Positions 9,769-19,479 are shown, counted from the stretch's first letter. The stretch: 64,000 nt of DNA from Gemmatimonadaceae bacterium (GCA_051859245.1 JBHYGA010000001.1:128001-192000); one strand, 5' to 3'. Notes: generated by a model not told the origin, from the sequence alone. Made by a program: numbers and translations.

Positions 9769-10245
9769 CTATGGAGTGTAGCGAGCCCGCGTGATCACAA
9801 TAATCGCGCCGGATCCCGAGGAGTTCGTCCCGAACTTCTGTACAGCGTCCGTTGACGACAGAAACTCCACGCGTTCGATATCGGCGGCACGAATACGCCG
9901 AAGGAGATCAAAGTCGAGCATGATGGATCCGTCGACCTGGAGAACGGGCGAATCGGCACCGCGGTTGGTGATGCTCGACCGTCCGCGGGTTCGTCGTACT
10001 GACACTCCGCCTCGGTTGTTGTCCGCGAGGAGATAACCGCCACCACGTTCAACGACTTCGAAAGCATCAAGCACGTTCCATTTCGCAATCATCGCACGGG
10101 TAATCGTGCGTCCGCCCGTCGCGGAACGAATCCCACCGTCGAGATCGCCAGCGGATTTGTGGCTCCCGCACGCGACCACTGACGCCCCCATGAGCATCGT
10201 TACGACCAACCGCGCTACTACTCGCATGCTCGACATACTAGCCAT
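9769..10245 (-). CDS. Small lipoprotein consisting of a TonB-receptor plug-like domain only
   Basis: Lipobox VVAC; RGRSSI..PVLQVDG..LRRIRAADIERVEFL..FG..GAIIVITR matches the plugs of the SusC proteins in this window; no barrel. Confidence 0.75.
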   Translation of the reverse strand: MASMSSMRVVARLVVTMLMGASVVACGSHKSAGDLDGGIRSATGGRTITRAMIAKWNVLDAFEVVERGGGYLLADNNRGGVSVRRTRGRSSITNRGADSPVLQVDGSIMLDFDLLRRIRAADIERVEFLSSTDAVQKFGTNSSGSGAIIVITRARYTP

Positions 10246-10386
10246 GCTCCGACGTCGAGGGTGACGCTCGAGACTGTGTCCTGAATAAGACGTTGTCGAC
10301 GGTCGGGTGTCAACGGCGTTCGTCCCTATGTGGTCAATCCAGTGAACCGCCTTGCACGTGCCAGGATCTGCGCCCGAGCCCCAACC

Positions 10387-12324
10387 TCAGCGCACCCGCG
10401 TGATGCCGATGTCGTCCACGTGCACCTGCCCAACGCGCGTTCGATCAAACACCAACCGGATCTCGGCCAGTGTGCTCGCATCGAACCCGGGCGTGGCGGC
10501 AGTGAACGCAGCGAGCGGCATCACGTAGGTGTGCAACAGCTGCTCGTAACGCGCGCTAAACCGCTGCGCATCGCGCCCTGCGCGTCGGTACACGAACGAC
10601 TCAATCGGTCGGCGCACTGGTCCGAACTGCGAGAGCGGCAATCGGGCCATGCGACCGTTCGCGTCTACCAACTCGATCGACAAGTCTGGCGGCGTGGTGT
10701 CCTTGGCGGGTGGCTTTGCCGCCGGCTTCGCAGCGGGCTTTGCCGCGGGTTTGGGCGCCGCCGAGTCTGTTTTGGGTTTCGCGGCGGAGTCCTTGGCGGT
10801 TTTTCTCGCGCCCGGGGTCTGGTCGGTATAAAACATGGACACCGTGACCGCGCTCTCTGTGCCCACCTGCCAAGCGCGTCGCAACGAATCAGGCACCGTG
10901 ATGGTGAAACGCGCTGGCCAGCGTGGCGTGCTGTCACTGCCAGCGGGCGCGTTGTTCCAGCCGAGTCGTACCGCGGTGCCGCGCATACTGTTGTTGGCTG
11001 TACGAAACGGCAGATCAAACTCGCGCCACACGGAGAGTGAATCACCGCGCAGCGTTACGCCCGGTGCAGTGCCGGTAGTGAGATCGATGTCGCCTTCAAA
11101 GTCCGCCAAGCGCTGCTCACGTCCGTCGGCGTAGCGCGTACTGTACATGGTTGGGGGCAACCAATCGCCAGCCGTGCGATGATCGCGGAACAGCGTGCGA
11201 TACGCATCGCCGCCACGCAACGTGCTTTCGAGAAACGCACCAATCACCACGCGACCAAACTGCCGCTGCTCTTCGCCCGACACGAGTGCGTCGAGTGCCA
11301 ACCGTCGCGCCGACGTTTTGCCATTGTCCTTTTCGTTCCAGCCGGTGTTCCACTGCCCGTGGTTCGCGCGGTACATGAGGATCGCGCTCTTGAACCACGA
11401 GCTGCCTGGCGTGAACGACACACGATCGTATTGCGTGAGCCCGTTGAACGTGCTCACGTCACCGTCGTGCGTTCCGTGAATCACGAGGTAGTTGATATCG
11501 CGCAGCGGGGTGCCTTTGTCAGACGGTCGGTATTGTCCGTCTACCGGGGCAATCGCCACAAGCGCCTTGATGTCGAAATTGAAGTTGAACTTTTGCGTGG
11601 CGTCGTCTGGATAGTGCGCGAGTTTGTTGAAGGCAGCGGCCACGGCCACGGCTTCGCCACCACGCGAGTGCCCCATGAGCGCAATCCGCGACATGTCAAT
11701 ACGACCGGCGAGTGGCTTTCCGGCCGAATCGTTCAATGCACGAAACACTTCGAGATGCTTGAGCAGCAACCAGCCGCGCCCGTCATTCTCCATGCGCGCG
11801 TTGCCGTTAATGAAGTTCTGATCGATCGACGCGAGAATGTATCCGCGTGATGCGAGCAGTTCACCGAGCCAGGCGTAACCCGGATCGGAGAAATCTTTCA
11901 TATCGTGATTGCCGTGTACGATCAGCACGAGTGGAAACGGACCGTTGCCTTCCGGATACCACACGCGCGCGTTCAGCGGAAACGCCTTGGTATCGTAGCC
12001 CCAATATTCCTTGCGGCTCTTGGCGATGGCCGGCGTGAACGATACAAACGGTGACGCATCAACCGTGCCCGTGCGATACGCGATGGAGTCACGAAACTCA
12101 GGGCGCCGTTTGTCCTTGCCGCTGCCGTAGTACAGCTGGCGCACGGCGAGCGTGCCGGGTGTACCCGGATGCGGCGCGGTGATCGTGCGATTCGCCAGTA
12201 CGCGCGGCGCGTCGCTCGGCACAAGCTTGGGCGCCTGATAGAGGCAGGCGGTGAGTGACACGATCGGCGCGAGCAGTGCGGAGCGCGCCATCCGCAGGCG
12301 ACGCGCATTGGAGTCTGGAATCAT
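10387..12324 (-). CDS. Secreted/lipoprotein alpha/beta hydrolase
   Basis: Lipobox LTAC; GPFPLVLIVHGNH; nucleophile elbow GHSRGGE; HGxHDGD; ANHGQWN. Start at 12324 (or 12291); the extension to 12669 overlaps the divergent gene. Confidence 0.8.
   Translation of the reverse strand: MIPDSNARRLRMARSALLAPIVSLTACLYQAPKLVPSDAPRVLANRTITAPHPGTPGTLAVRQLYYGSGKDKRRPEFRDSIAYRTGTVDASPFVSFTPAIAKSRKEYWGYDTKAFPLNARVWYPEGNGPFPLVLIVHGNHDMKDFSDPGYAWLGELLASRGYILASIDQNFINGNARMENDGRGWLLLKHLEVFRALNDSAGKPLAGRIDMSRIALMGHSRGGEAVAVAAAFNKLAHYPDDATQKFNFNFDIKALVAIAPVDGQYRPSDKGTPLRDINYLVIHGTHDGDVSTFNGLTQYDRVSFTPGSSWFKSAILMYRANHGQWNTGWNEKDNGKTSARRLALDALVSGEEQRQFGRVVIGAFLESTLRGGDAYRTLFRDHRTAGDWLPPTMYSTRYADGREQRLADFEGDIDLTTGTAPGVTLRGDSLSVWREFDLPFRTANNSMRGTAVRLGWNNAPAGSDSTPRWPARFTITVPDSLRRAWQVGTESAVTVSMFYTDQTPGARKTAKDSAAKPKTDSAAPKPAAKPAAKPAAKPPAKDTTPPDLSIELVDANGRMARLPLSQFGPVRRPIESFVYRRAGRDAQRFSARYEQLLHTYVMPLAAFTAATPGFDASTLAEIRLVFDRTRVGQVHVDDIGITRVR
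10700..10800 (-). repeat. Coding PAAK low-complexity repeat linker
   Basis: DSAAKPKTDSAAPKPAAKPAAKPAAKPPAK within the hydrolase. Confidence 0.7.
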
Positions 12325-12403
12325 GCCCAGACGATATCCTGCGGACACGGTCCGTGCCAAGTCACCCCCTCGCGGGGAGTCTGTTTGTGCTGCACAATAG
12401 GGG

Positions 12404-13741
12404 ATGGACCGTCGACGATTCGTCTCCGCGCTCTCGGGCGCCGCCATCGCACCTGCCGTGCTTCCGGGGTTTGTACCGGACGCCATTCGACGACTGCGCG
12501 ATGCCACCGCCGTGGCCGCCACACGCGGCGCGCCCTGGCCGCCCTCTGGCGTGCACGACCCGCACGCGCTCACGCTCGCAGATGACGAAGATTTCTGGGA
12601 GCCGATCCAGCGCGCGTTTGATGTGGATCGGACGCACACCAATCTGAACAACGGCGGCGTATCGCCCACGCCGAGTCACGTGCTGGAAGCAATGATTCGG
12701 GATCTCCGATTCTCGAACGAGTTGCCAGTGCGGAACATGTGGCAGCTGCTGGAGCCGGCGATTGAAGTGTCGCGCCGCGAGCTGGCGCGCGAGTTTGGCT
12801 GCGACACCGAAGAAATGGCGATTACGCGCAACGCGTCCGAGAGCATGGAGACACTGATTCTTGGCCTCGATCTCAAACGCGGCGACGAGGTAATTGTCAG
12901 CAACCAGAATTATCCGCGCATGCTGACCACGTGGCGGCAGCGCGAACGACGCGACGGCATTGTGCTCAAGAGCGTGTCGTTTCCCGTGCCGCCGCCAAAC
13001 GCGCAAGTGATTGTTGACGCGGTGGCGGCCGCGATCACTCCGCGCACGCGCGCCATTGAACTGCCACACATTACCAATCTGTCTGGTCAGATTCTTCCGA
13101 TTCGGGCCATTACGGAGCTCGCCCGCCCGCGTGATATCGCTGTGTTGGTAGACGGCGCGCATGCCTTTGCGCATTTCCCGTTTACGCGCGACGAACTGGA
13201 CTGCGATTACTACGGCACCAGTTTGCACAAATGGCTGTACGCACCGATCGGTACAGGATTCCTGTACGTGCGCAAATCAAAACAGCGTGCGATGTGGCCG
13301 CTCATGGCAGCCGACCCGGAACTCGACGAAGACATTCGTAAGTACGAACAGATTGGCACGCACCCGGCGGCGAATCACAACGCGATTCCGATGGCGATGT
13401 CGTTTCATCGCGGCATTGGGGCGGCGCGGAAAGTGGCGCGACTTCGCTATTTGCGTGACCGATGGGCGCGCCGCGCCGTGAGTGAAAGCGACGGTCGTGT
13501 GACCATGCTCACATCACTCGACAGTCCGGACACGGGCGGCATAGGCCTGGTGTCGGTCAAGAATGTGGCGCCGAACGAGCTCGTCTCGTGGATGTTCAGC
13601 AAGCACAGCATTGTGACTACGCCAATCAATCACCCTGAGTTTTCGGGCGTGCGCGTGACACCGAATGTGTACACCACGCTTGACGAGGTAGACCGCTTCT
13701 CGGAGGCGCTGATACAGGCCGCACGCACGGGGATCAAGTAG
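12404..13741 (+). CDS. Tat-exported class V PLP-dependent enzyme (isopenicillin N epimerase/cysteine desulfurase-like)
   Basis: MDRRRFV Tat signal; NLNNGG, TRNASE, VDGAH, SLHKWL (PLP lysine). Confidence 0.88.
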   Translation: MDRRRFVSALSGAAIAPAVLPGFVPDAIRRLRDATAVAATRGAPWPPSGVHDPHALTLADDEDFWEPIQRAFDVDRTHTNLNNGGVSPTPSHVLEAMIRDLRFSNELPVRNMWQLLEPAIEVSRRELAREFGCDTEEMAITRNASESMETLILGLDLKRGDEVIVSNQNYPRMLTTWRQRERRDGIVLKSVSFPVPPPNAQVIVDAVAAAITPRTRAIELPHITNLSGQILPIRAITELARPRDIAVLVDGAHAFAHFPFTRDELDCDYYGTSLHKWLYAPIGTGFLYVRKSKQRAMWPLMAADPELDEDIRKYEQIGTHPAANHNAIPMAMSFHRGIGAARKVARLRYLRDRWARRAVSESDGRVTMLTSLDSPDTGGIGLVSVKNVAPNELVSWMFSKHSIVTTPINHPEFSGVRVTPNVYTTLDEVDRFSEALIQAARTGIK

Positions 13742-13814
13742 CCAGGTATGGCCGCCGCCACGGCCCGTGAAACCTCGTGCTCCCCAGTCCGTTAGGAGAG
13801 AAACGGAGGTAGTT

Positions 13815-14108
13815 ATGATTGGATTCTTGCTGTCTTTTGCCATTGCCACGGTGCTGTTCATGTCGATCCACGGCGCGACTCGGCGTTTTGTGGCGAACCG
13901 GCTGCGTTACGTGGACGCGGCCCGCAAAGCGCTGACGCCCTGGCTGGCGGGTGGCGCGGCCCTTGTGGTGGCGGCCCCGGTCATGGCGCTGTTGCCGATT
14001 GTTGGAATAGGCACGGCACTCACCGTAGGTCTCGCCGTTGGCATGGGCGTCGCGAACGGTGCCCGTGATATCGAGCGCGGTACCTCGCCGGTCGTCTACG
14101 GGCCGTAA
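13815..14108 (+). CDS. Small membrane protein of unknown function
   Basis: GGAGGT RBS before ATG 13815; about three hydrophobic segments. Confidence 0.7.
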   Translation: MIGFLLSFAIATVLFMSIHGATRRFVANRLRYVDAARKALTPWLAGGAALVVAAPVMALLPIVGIGTALTVGLAVGMGVANGARDIERGTSPVVYGP

Positions 14109-14129
14109 GCACGCCGATGGTTCCGGTCG

Positions 14130-14810
14130 CTACATCCAGTACTCGTAGCGGCCGGACACAATCACGTAGGCCGACAAACACGCGTTCGTGATCGCGTGGA
14201 CCAGCACCATGTCGCCGAGTGACTTGGTGCGCCACATCCACCAGTTGTAGATCAGACCACAGGCGAGCCCCACTTCCCAATACGGGCCGTGTTCGCTCGC
14301 GAACAGCACCGCGGTGCCTACGAACGCCAGGGTGTTGTAGGTGCCAAGCTGCACCTTTTGCCAATCCGGATTTACGAGCCAGCGTGGAAGCCAGCCGCGC
14401 CAGAAGAGCTCCTCCAGAACAGGCACGATCAGCGCCGCTCGCGCAAAGCGCAGCGCCATAACGAGCGGGTTCGCCAGTTCCTCAGGTGCGATCGTTGTTT
14501 TGATCGAACCCGTGATGGCGTTCTGAAAGAGCCAGTGAGAACGCCACCCGGCAAACAACAGGTCGGGTGCAATCCACATGACGAAGACGAGCACGCCAAG
14601 CACGCTCGATGACAGTGCATGGTGCACGCGCATTGTTGCGATAATGTCGCGCGAGAAGTACCAGAGTACGCCCGCGAGCAGCGCGACGCGAAGCAGTGAC
14701 TCGTAGGGCTGCGCGATTGGTAGTGACGGCATCACTACCAGCAGCAGCATGAAGATCACGAACGGGGCGACCCAGGCGAGTGCCGGTGCGCGCAATGTGG
14801 GGCGTGTCAT
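14130..14810 (-). CDS. CPBP/CAAX prenyl protease-related intramembrane glutamic endopeptidase
   Basis: EELFWRG, FASEH and HAITN motifs; multi-TM. Confidence 0.88.
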   Translation of the reverse strand: MTRPTLRAPALAWVAPFVIFMLLLVVMPSLPIAQPYESLLRVALLAGVLWYFSRDIIATMRVHHALSSSVLGVLVFVMWIAPDLLFAGWRSHWLFQNAITGSIKTTIAPEELANPLVMALRFARAALIVPVLEELFWRGWLPRWLVNPDWQKVQLGTYNTLAFVGTAVLFASEHGPYWEVGLACGLIYNWWMWRTKSLGDMVLVHAITNACLSAYVIVSGRYEYWM

Positions 14811-14841
14811 GGAGTGCGAGCGAGCGCCTGGATCACGTGTG

Positions 14842-15153
14842 CTACCGCTTGCGACGCGGAAAAGTGTCGAGCAGCGACAGTCCCATCACGGTGAGGAACA
14901 GCAGCAGGAACATCACCAGAATGGCGATCATGCGGACACGTCGCGAGGGCAACAGCGCGAACACAAACAGACAGGTGAGCGAACCCACAAACAACCGGAA
15001 CATCTGTCGATCAAACTGGCTCGGCTGCAGTCGCAGGTGTGTTGGAATGCGTCGCCAGCGTCGTTCGTACTTCATCAAGAACGCGAACGAACGATTCTCG
15101 AACGCCATCCATCGCGCTGTGGCGAGGGTGAGCAACCGTGATGATGACTTCAC
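14842..15153 (-). CDS. Small hypothetical membrane protein
   Basis: Two C-terminal hydrophobic segments; GTGA overlap with upstream ORF; start uncertain. Confidence 0.5.
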   Translation of the reverse strand: MKSSSRLLTLATARWMAFENRSFAFLMKYERRWRRIPTHLRLQPSQFDRQMFRLFVGSLTCLFVFALLPSRRVRMIAILVMFLLLFLTVMGLSLLDTFPRRKR

Positions 15154-15467
15154 GCGATCGGACCCGTTAAATCAGTGGAGCTTTCACGCACCAGCCAGGC
15201 CAGTGCGCCCGCAAAATCGAGTCGCAACACATCGCCCACCCCGTGGGAAATACCAACGCTCATGCTGTGCGGCGACGCCGGGTTTTCCGTGTGCAGCATA
15301 TCGCCATCAACGCGATAGCGCAGATCAATGACCTGATCGCGACCACCCACGTCCACGTGATAACAGAGCGTCCCGTCGGCGCGAAACTCCATTCGCACGC
15401 CGGGCGCGAAATCGAGTGTTGCGTCGGCGCGCATCAGTCGCCACGTCCCCAACAACCAGTCCGACAT
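15150..15467 (-). CDS. Hypothetical protein, possibly lipocalin-like beta-barrel
   Basis: GGAGG before ATG 15467; LLGTWRL...MEFRADGT pattern. Confidence 0.6.
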   Translation of the reverse strand: MSDWLLGTWRLMRADATLDFAPGVRMEFRADGTLCYHVDVGGRDQVIDLRYRVDGDMLHTENPASPHSMSVGISHGVGDVLRLDFAGALAWLVRESSTDLTGPIA

Positions 15468-15648
15468 GAACCCAACGTCCTCCGGATAACGTGCGCCGCG
15501 GCCAGCCCGCGGCGCTTGCCTGCAACCTCGGGAGTGACAGACGGCGTGGCAAGTCCCTGAGACGCGGTTGCGCGATACGAAATGGAGCGCCACCGGGGAG
15601 GGCGAGTGCCTGGGGATCCGACTCTGGCCCCGGATTCGTATATGTCTC

Positions 15649-16488
15649 ATGTCCAAGCTCTCGCCCTCCGTCGCGCGCAACGCGTTGCGCGTTGCGCGCC
15701 GCCTCCTGGTCGCGGCGCTCGCTGCTACCGCCTCGGCCAACGTGCTCCCAGCCCAGTCTACCGTGGACCACCGCGCCTTTGACGCGCTGTTGCGCGCGCA
15801 CGTGGTCAATGGCGCCGTTGACTACAACGCCTTCAAAGCGGCGCCCTCGTTCACCACGTACCTCGCATCGCTCGACGCCGTGAAACCGGCCGCGTTGAGT
15901 AACGATGAACGTCTGGCGTACTGGATCAATGTGTACAATGCCTTCACGATCAAGTTGATCGTGGACAAGGGTGAACGGCAGTCCATTCGTAACGTGAACA
16001 AGTCGTTCGGCCTGCTCAAACTCAAAGGCCCTTGGTCCGATCCGATTGTACGCGCCTCTGGCCGCGTCTTGACGCTCGATCAGGTTGAGCACGAAATCAT
16101 TCGCAAGGAGTTTGACGAACCGCGCATTCACTTTGCGCTGGTGTGCGCGGCTATCGGCTGTCCACCACTGCGCAGCGAAGCGTACACGGCGACTCGGCTT
16201 GAGTCGCAGCTTGCGGAGCAGGCGCAGCGATTCATTCGCGAGTCGCCCGAAAAGAATCGTGTTGACGTGCCCTCGCGCACCGTGTTCGTGAGCATGGTGT
16301 TTACGTGGTATCGCGACGACTTCGGCGGGACCGACAAGGCGATTGGTCAATACCTGTCCGACTGGTATCCAGCAGGTCCGGAGCGCGAGCTGCTGCGCAG
16401 CGGCCGGTTTACGCTCAAGCAGACGAACTACGACTGGACGCTGAACAGCATTGAGCACATGCGTCCGCGCGCGGTGAGCCGGCCGTGA
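15649..16488 (+). CDS. Secreted DUF547 domain protein
   Basis: Signal peptide; LAYWINVYNA, TLDQVEH, EPRIHFALVCAAIGCPPL, YDWTLN. Confidence 0.9.
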   Translation: MSKLSPSVARNALRVARRLLVAALAATASANVLPAQSTVDHRAFDALLRAHVVNGAVDYNAFKAAPSFTTYLASLDAVKPAALSNDERLAYWINVYNAFTIKLIVDKGERQSIRNVNKSFGLLKLKGPWSDPIVRASGRVLTLDQVEHEIIRKEFDEPRIHFALVCAAIGCPPLRSEAYTATRLESQLAEQAQRFIRESPEKNRVDVPSRTVFVSMVFTWYRDDFGGTDKAIGQYLSDWYPAGPERELLRSGRFTLKQTNYDWTLNSIEHMRPRAVSRP

Positions 16489-17945
16489 GGGGTGACGTGG
16501 TGACGAGCAAAGCCGCGGTCACACGCCGAGCGTGGCGCGAGCTGGTGCAGGTGGTGCGCAAGCCGGTGCGTGACGAATCGCGTGCGCTGCTCGCTGCGAA
16601 CTGGCAACGCCTGCCCGACGAACTCAAAACGCCGCGGCAGATGCTTGGGCGACAGGGAAACGGCTGCGGTGCAACCATCGGTGCCATGCCGCGCTGCGAT
16701 TTTGCGTGCCGAGGCTGCTACCTCGGCGACGGCGCCAATCGTGTGCCGGCGGCTGATCTCGAGGAACTCAAGGCACAGATGCGCGCGCTGCGCCCAGTGC
16801 TTGGCCCGGCCGGAAACCTGCAGCTCACCGACGGTGAAGTCACGCTGCGTGATACGGACGAGGTGATCGAGCTGTTGCGTTATGCACGCTCGCTCGAACT
16901 CATTCCTATGCTCATGACGCACGGCGATTCGTTTCGTCGGCGGCCGGGGCTTTTGGAACGGCTCATTGTTGAAGGTGGGCTGCGCGAAATCAGCATTCAC
17001 GTGGACACCACGCAGCGTGGCCGCAAAGGCGCCGAGTGGTCGCGCGCGGAACGCGAGGACTCGCTCAATCCGTTGCGTGATGAGTTTGCCGCCATGCTTC
17101 GTGATGTGATCGCGCGGACTGGCATTCGCGTGCGCTCGGCCACCACCATGACGGTTACACGCGACAACCTCGACGGCGTGCCGGATGTGATTCGATGGCT
17201 GCTGCGCAACGCGGATGTGTTTCACCTGATCAGCTTTCAGCCGATTGCGCAGGTTGGTCGCACCGAAGATGGCTTTGGTGGTGGTGTGACCGCTGATGCG
17301 CTGTGGGAGCGCATTGCCAAGGGCATGGCGAGCGATGACGAACGACTGCAGCGTGGCGCCAAATGGCTCGGCCACCCGGCATGCAACCGGTTTGTGCACG
17401 GCTTTGTGTACGCCGAGCGAGGATCACAGCCGCAGTACTACCCCATTCGTGATGACGCGGACCCAACTGACCGCGAGATTGTTGACGGGTTCCTGGCGCG
17501 CTTTGGCGGGATCTCGTTTCGTGCTGACGATCATGTCGCAACACGTGTCGCACGCATGCTTGGCGTTGCGCGATCAGCGCCGGGCTTTCTGGCGCGCGCC
17601 GTTCCCCGATTTGCCGTGCACTGGCTCAAACGGTTTGGTCAGGGCAACGCGTGGCGCGCACTCGGGTCGCTCGCGCGCGGCCGTGCGAGCGTGCAGGGGC
17701 TCGCGATTGTAAGTCACCATTTCATGAGCGCTGCCGAACTGGAGACGCCACTGGGACAGGAACGATTGTCCCAGTGTGTGTTTCACCTGTCGGTGAACGG
17801 CGAGTTGCGGAGTATGTGTGAAGTGAACGCGCTCGGCATTCGTGAGCAGTACTATGCGCAGCTCTCGCGTGGGTCCCGCGGCGGCACGTTCACAGACATC
17901 ACCCGTGCCGCGGTCACGCCGACTACGGCGCCTGCCATGTTGTAG
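16485..17945 (+). CDS. Radical SAM enzyme, distantly Tes/MJ0619-like
   Basis: CDFACRGC (CxxxCxxC); QLTDGEVT in the GGE position; ISFQPIAQVGR, GHPAC, HHFM, C-terminal CVFH...MCEVN; GTGA overlap with DUF547. Confidence 0.85.
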   Translation: MRGDVVTSKAAVTRRAWRELVQVVRKPVRDESRALLAANWQRLPDELKTPRQMLGRQGNGCGATIGAMPRCDFACRGCYLGDGANRVPAADLEELKAQMRALRPVLGPAGNLQLTDGEVTLRDTDEVIELLRYARSLELIPMLMTHGDSFRRRPGLLERLIVEGGLREISIHVDTTQRGRKGAEWSRAEREDSLNPLRDEFAAMLRDVIARTGIRVRSATTMTVTRDNLDGVPDVIRWLLRNADVFHLISFQPIAQVGRTEDGFGGGVTADALWERIAKGMASDDERLQRGAKWLGHPACNRFVHGFVYAERGSQPQYYPIRDDADPTDREIVDGFLARFGGISFRADDHVATRVARMLGVARSAPGFLARAVPRFAVHWLKRFGQGNAWRALGSLARGRASVQGLAIVSHHFMSAAELETPLGQERLSQCVFHLSVNGELRSMCEVNALGIREQYYAQLSRGSRGGTFTDITRAAVTPTTAPAML

Positions 17946-19479
17946 GACTGCTCGCCACACCAGACGCACTGAGCGCGTGGACCACGATCACACGAACCGG
18001 CTGTCCGTTGCTGTCACCGGGAACGCTCACGCCACTGAGTGCGGAACGCACCACGCGCGAACGCCAGCGTGTCCCATCGCGCCAACGCACGAGCCACCAG
18101 CGGGCGCGGCCGCCAACGTCTGGTGCAATGGAAATCTGTCGAGTCCCAGAGGCACTCGACGTTGATGCCACGGTAAAGGTTGGTGCTGCGGGAACCGCAG
18201 CATCGAGCCACGGTGAGGCAGGTACCACGGCGTCATTCACGTTCACGCTGCTCTCGAGCAACGATGAAAGCCCACCGCGGTTCTGCATTACCGACGTCGT
18301 GTTGTACAGAATCGTACCCGTTGGCCCACCGCTGGCGTTGGCGCGTTGACGGGTGGCGTTCACCTGTCCCTGGATCTCCGTTGCCGCGTACGCCGATGAT
18401 GAACCGTCGGCCACACGATAGGACGCCAGCCCTGGCCAGAGATGACGCTGCTGCGTGTTCTGTTGCGTCCACCAGTCAAGCAGGGCCGTGAAGTTCTGCC
18501 CCGTTGAGCTGAGTGCCCAGTACAGCTGCGGTGAGAGGTAGTCGATCCAACCACGGTTCAACCAGAGGCGTGAATCGGCAAAGATTGAGCCGTACGCATC
18601 GAGGCCCACAATGCCAGGCGGAGTGCCGGGCCGCCAGATGCCAAACGGACTGATGCCCACTTTGACGGTGGGATCAACCTGTCGCACTTCCTGCTGCAGC
18701 TGTTGCACAAAACGGTTCACGTTGTCACGACGCCAGTCGTCTCGTGACATCGTGCCACCACCGGCCACAAATCGCGCGTACCCGGCGCTGTCGGGAAACT
18801 GCAAACCGGCGCAGCGCGAATCCGGGTACGGATAGAAAAAGTCGTCGAGATGCACCGCGTCGATATCGTAGCGTTGCACTACATCACGAATCACGCGATA
18901 TGTGTGCGCGTGCACTTCAGGTTCACCCGGGTCGAACCAGCGTTGCGTGCAGTACGGACGCGTTAAATCGGGACGCTGTCTGGCGTAGTGGTTGGACGCG
19001 AGCGACAGCGAGTCGGACAGGTTGCCTACACGAAACGGATTGAACCAGGCGTGCAGTTCAATGCCGCGCGCGTGCGCTTGCTCTACCGCGAAGGTGAGCG
19101 GATCCCAGCCGGGTGCAACGCCTTGTGTCCCACTGAGCGATCGACTCCACGGTTCAATATTCGATGCGTACATCGCATCGCCGGACGCGCGGACCTGCAG
19201 GATCACAGCGTTCAGCTTGAGCAGCTGCGCACGATCGAGGATGGCAATCAGCTCGCTCTGTTGCGCGGCGGTACTCAGCCCGGAGCGTGACGGCCAGTCG
19301 ATGTTGGCCACGGTGGCGATCCACAGGCCACGAAACTCGCGATCAATGGCCGGTACCACCACCGTTTCTCCGCCGCCGCCGCCCGGCGGTTCTGGCGCGA
19401 TCGGTGTGGTGGTGGAGTCACTGCAAGCGGCGAGCAGTAGCATGCTCGCGGCGGCCGCGAGCCAACGCGTGTATGTCAC
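17923..19479 (-). CDS. Glycosyl hydrolase-like 10 (GHL10; YddW/DigH-like) lipoprotein
   Basis: Lipobox LAAC; EFRGLWIATVANIDWPS, ELHAWFNP, HLDDFFYPY, GISPFGIW, DYLSPQLYW; GTG start overlaps upstream stop. Confidence 0.9.
   Translation of the reverse strand: MTYTRWLAAAASMLLLAACSDSTTTPIAPEPPGGGGGETVVVPAIDREFRGLWIATVANIDWPSRSGLSTAAQQSELIAILDRAQLLKLNAVILQVRASGDAMYASNIEPWSRSLSGTQGVAPGWDPLTFAVEQAHARGIELHAWFNPFRVGNLSDSLSLASNHYARQRPDLTRPYCTQRWFDPGEPEVHAHTYRVIRDVVQRYDIDAVHLDDFFYPYPDSRCAGLQFPDSAGYARFVAGGGTMSRDDWRRDNVNRFVQQLQQEVRQVDPTVKVGISPFGIWRPGTPPGIVGLDAYGSIFADSRLWLNRGWIDYLSPQLYWALSSTGQNFTALLDWWTQQNTQQRHLWPGLASYRVADGSSSAYAATEIQGQVNATRQRANASGGPTGTILYNTTSVMQNRGGLSSLLESSVNVNDAVVPASPWLDAAVPAAPTFTVASTSSASGTRQISIAPDVGGRARWWLVRWRDGTRWRSRVVRSALSGVSVPGDSNGQPVRVIVVHALSASGVASSPTTWQAP

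Noticed and set aside
16485..17945. RiPP maturase or arsenosugar ArsS radical SAM
   Set aside because: No SPASM motif, precursor peptide or associated glycosyltransferases; motifs fit the Tes-like family better.
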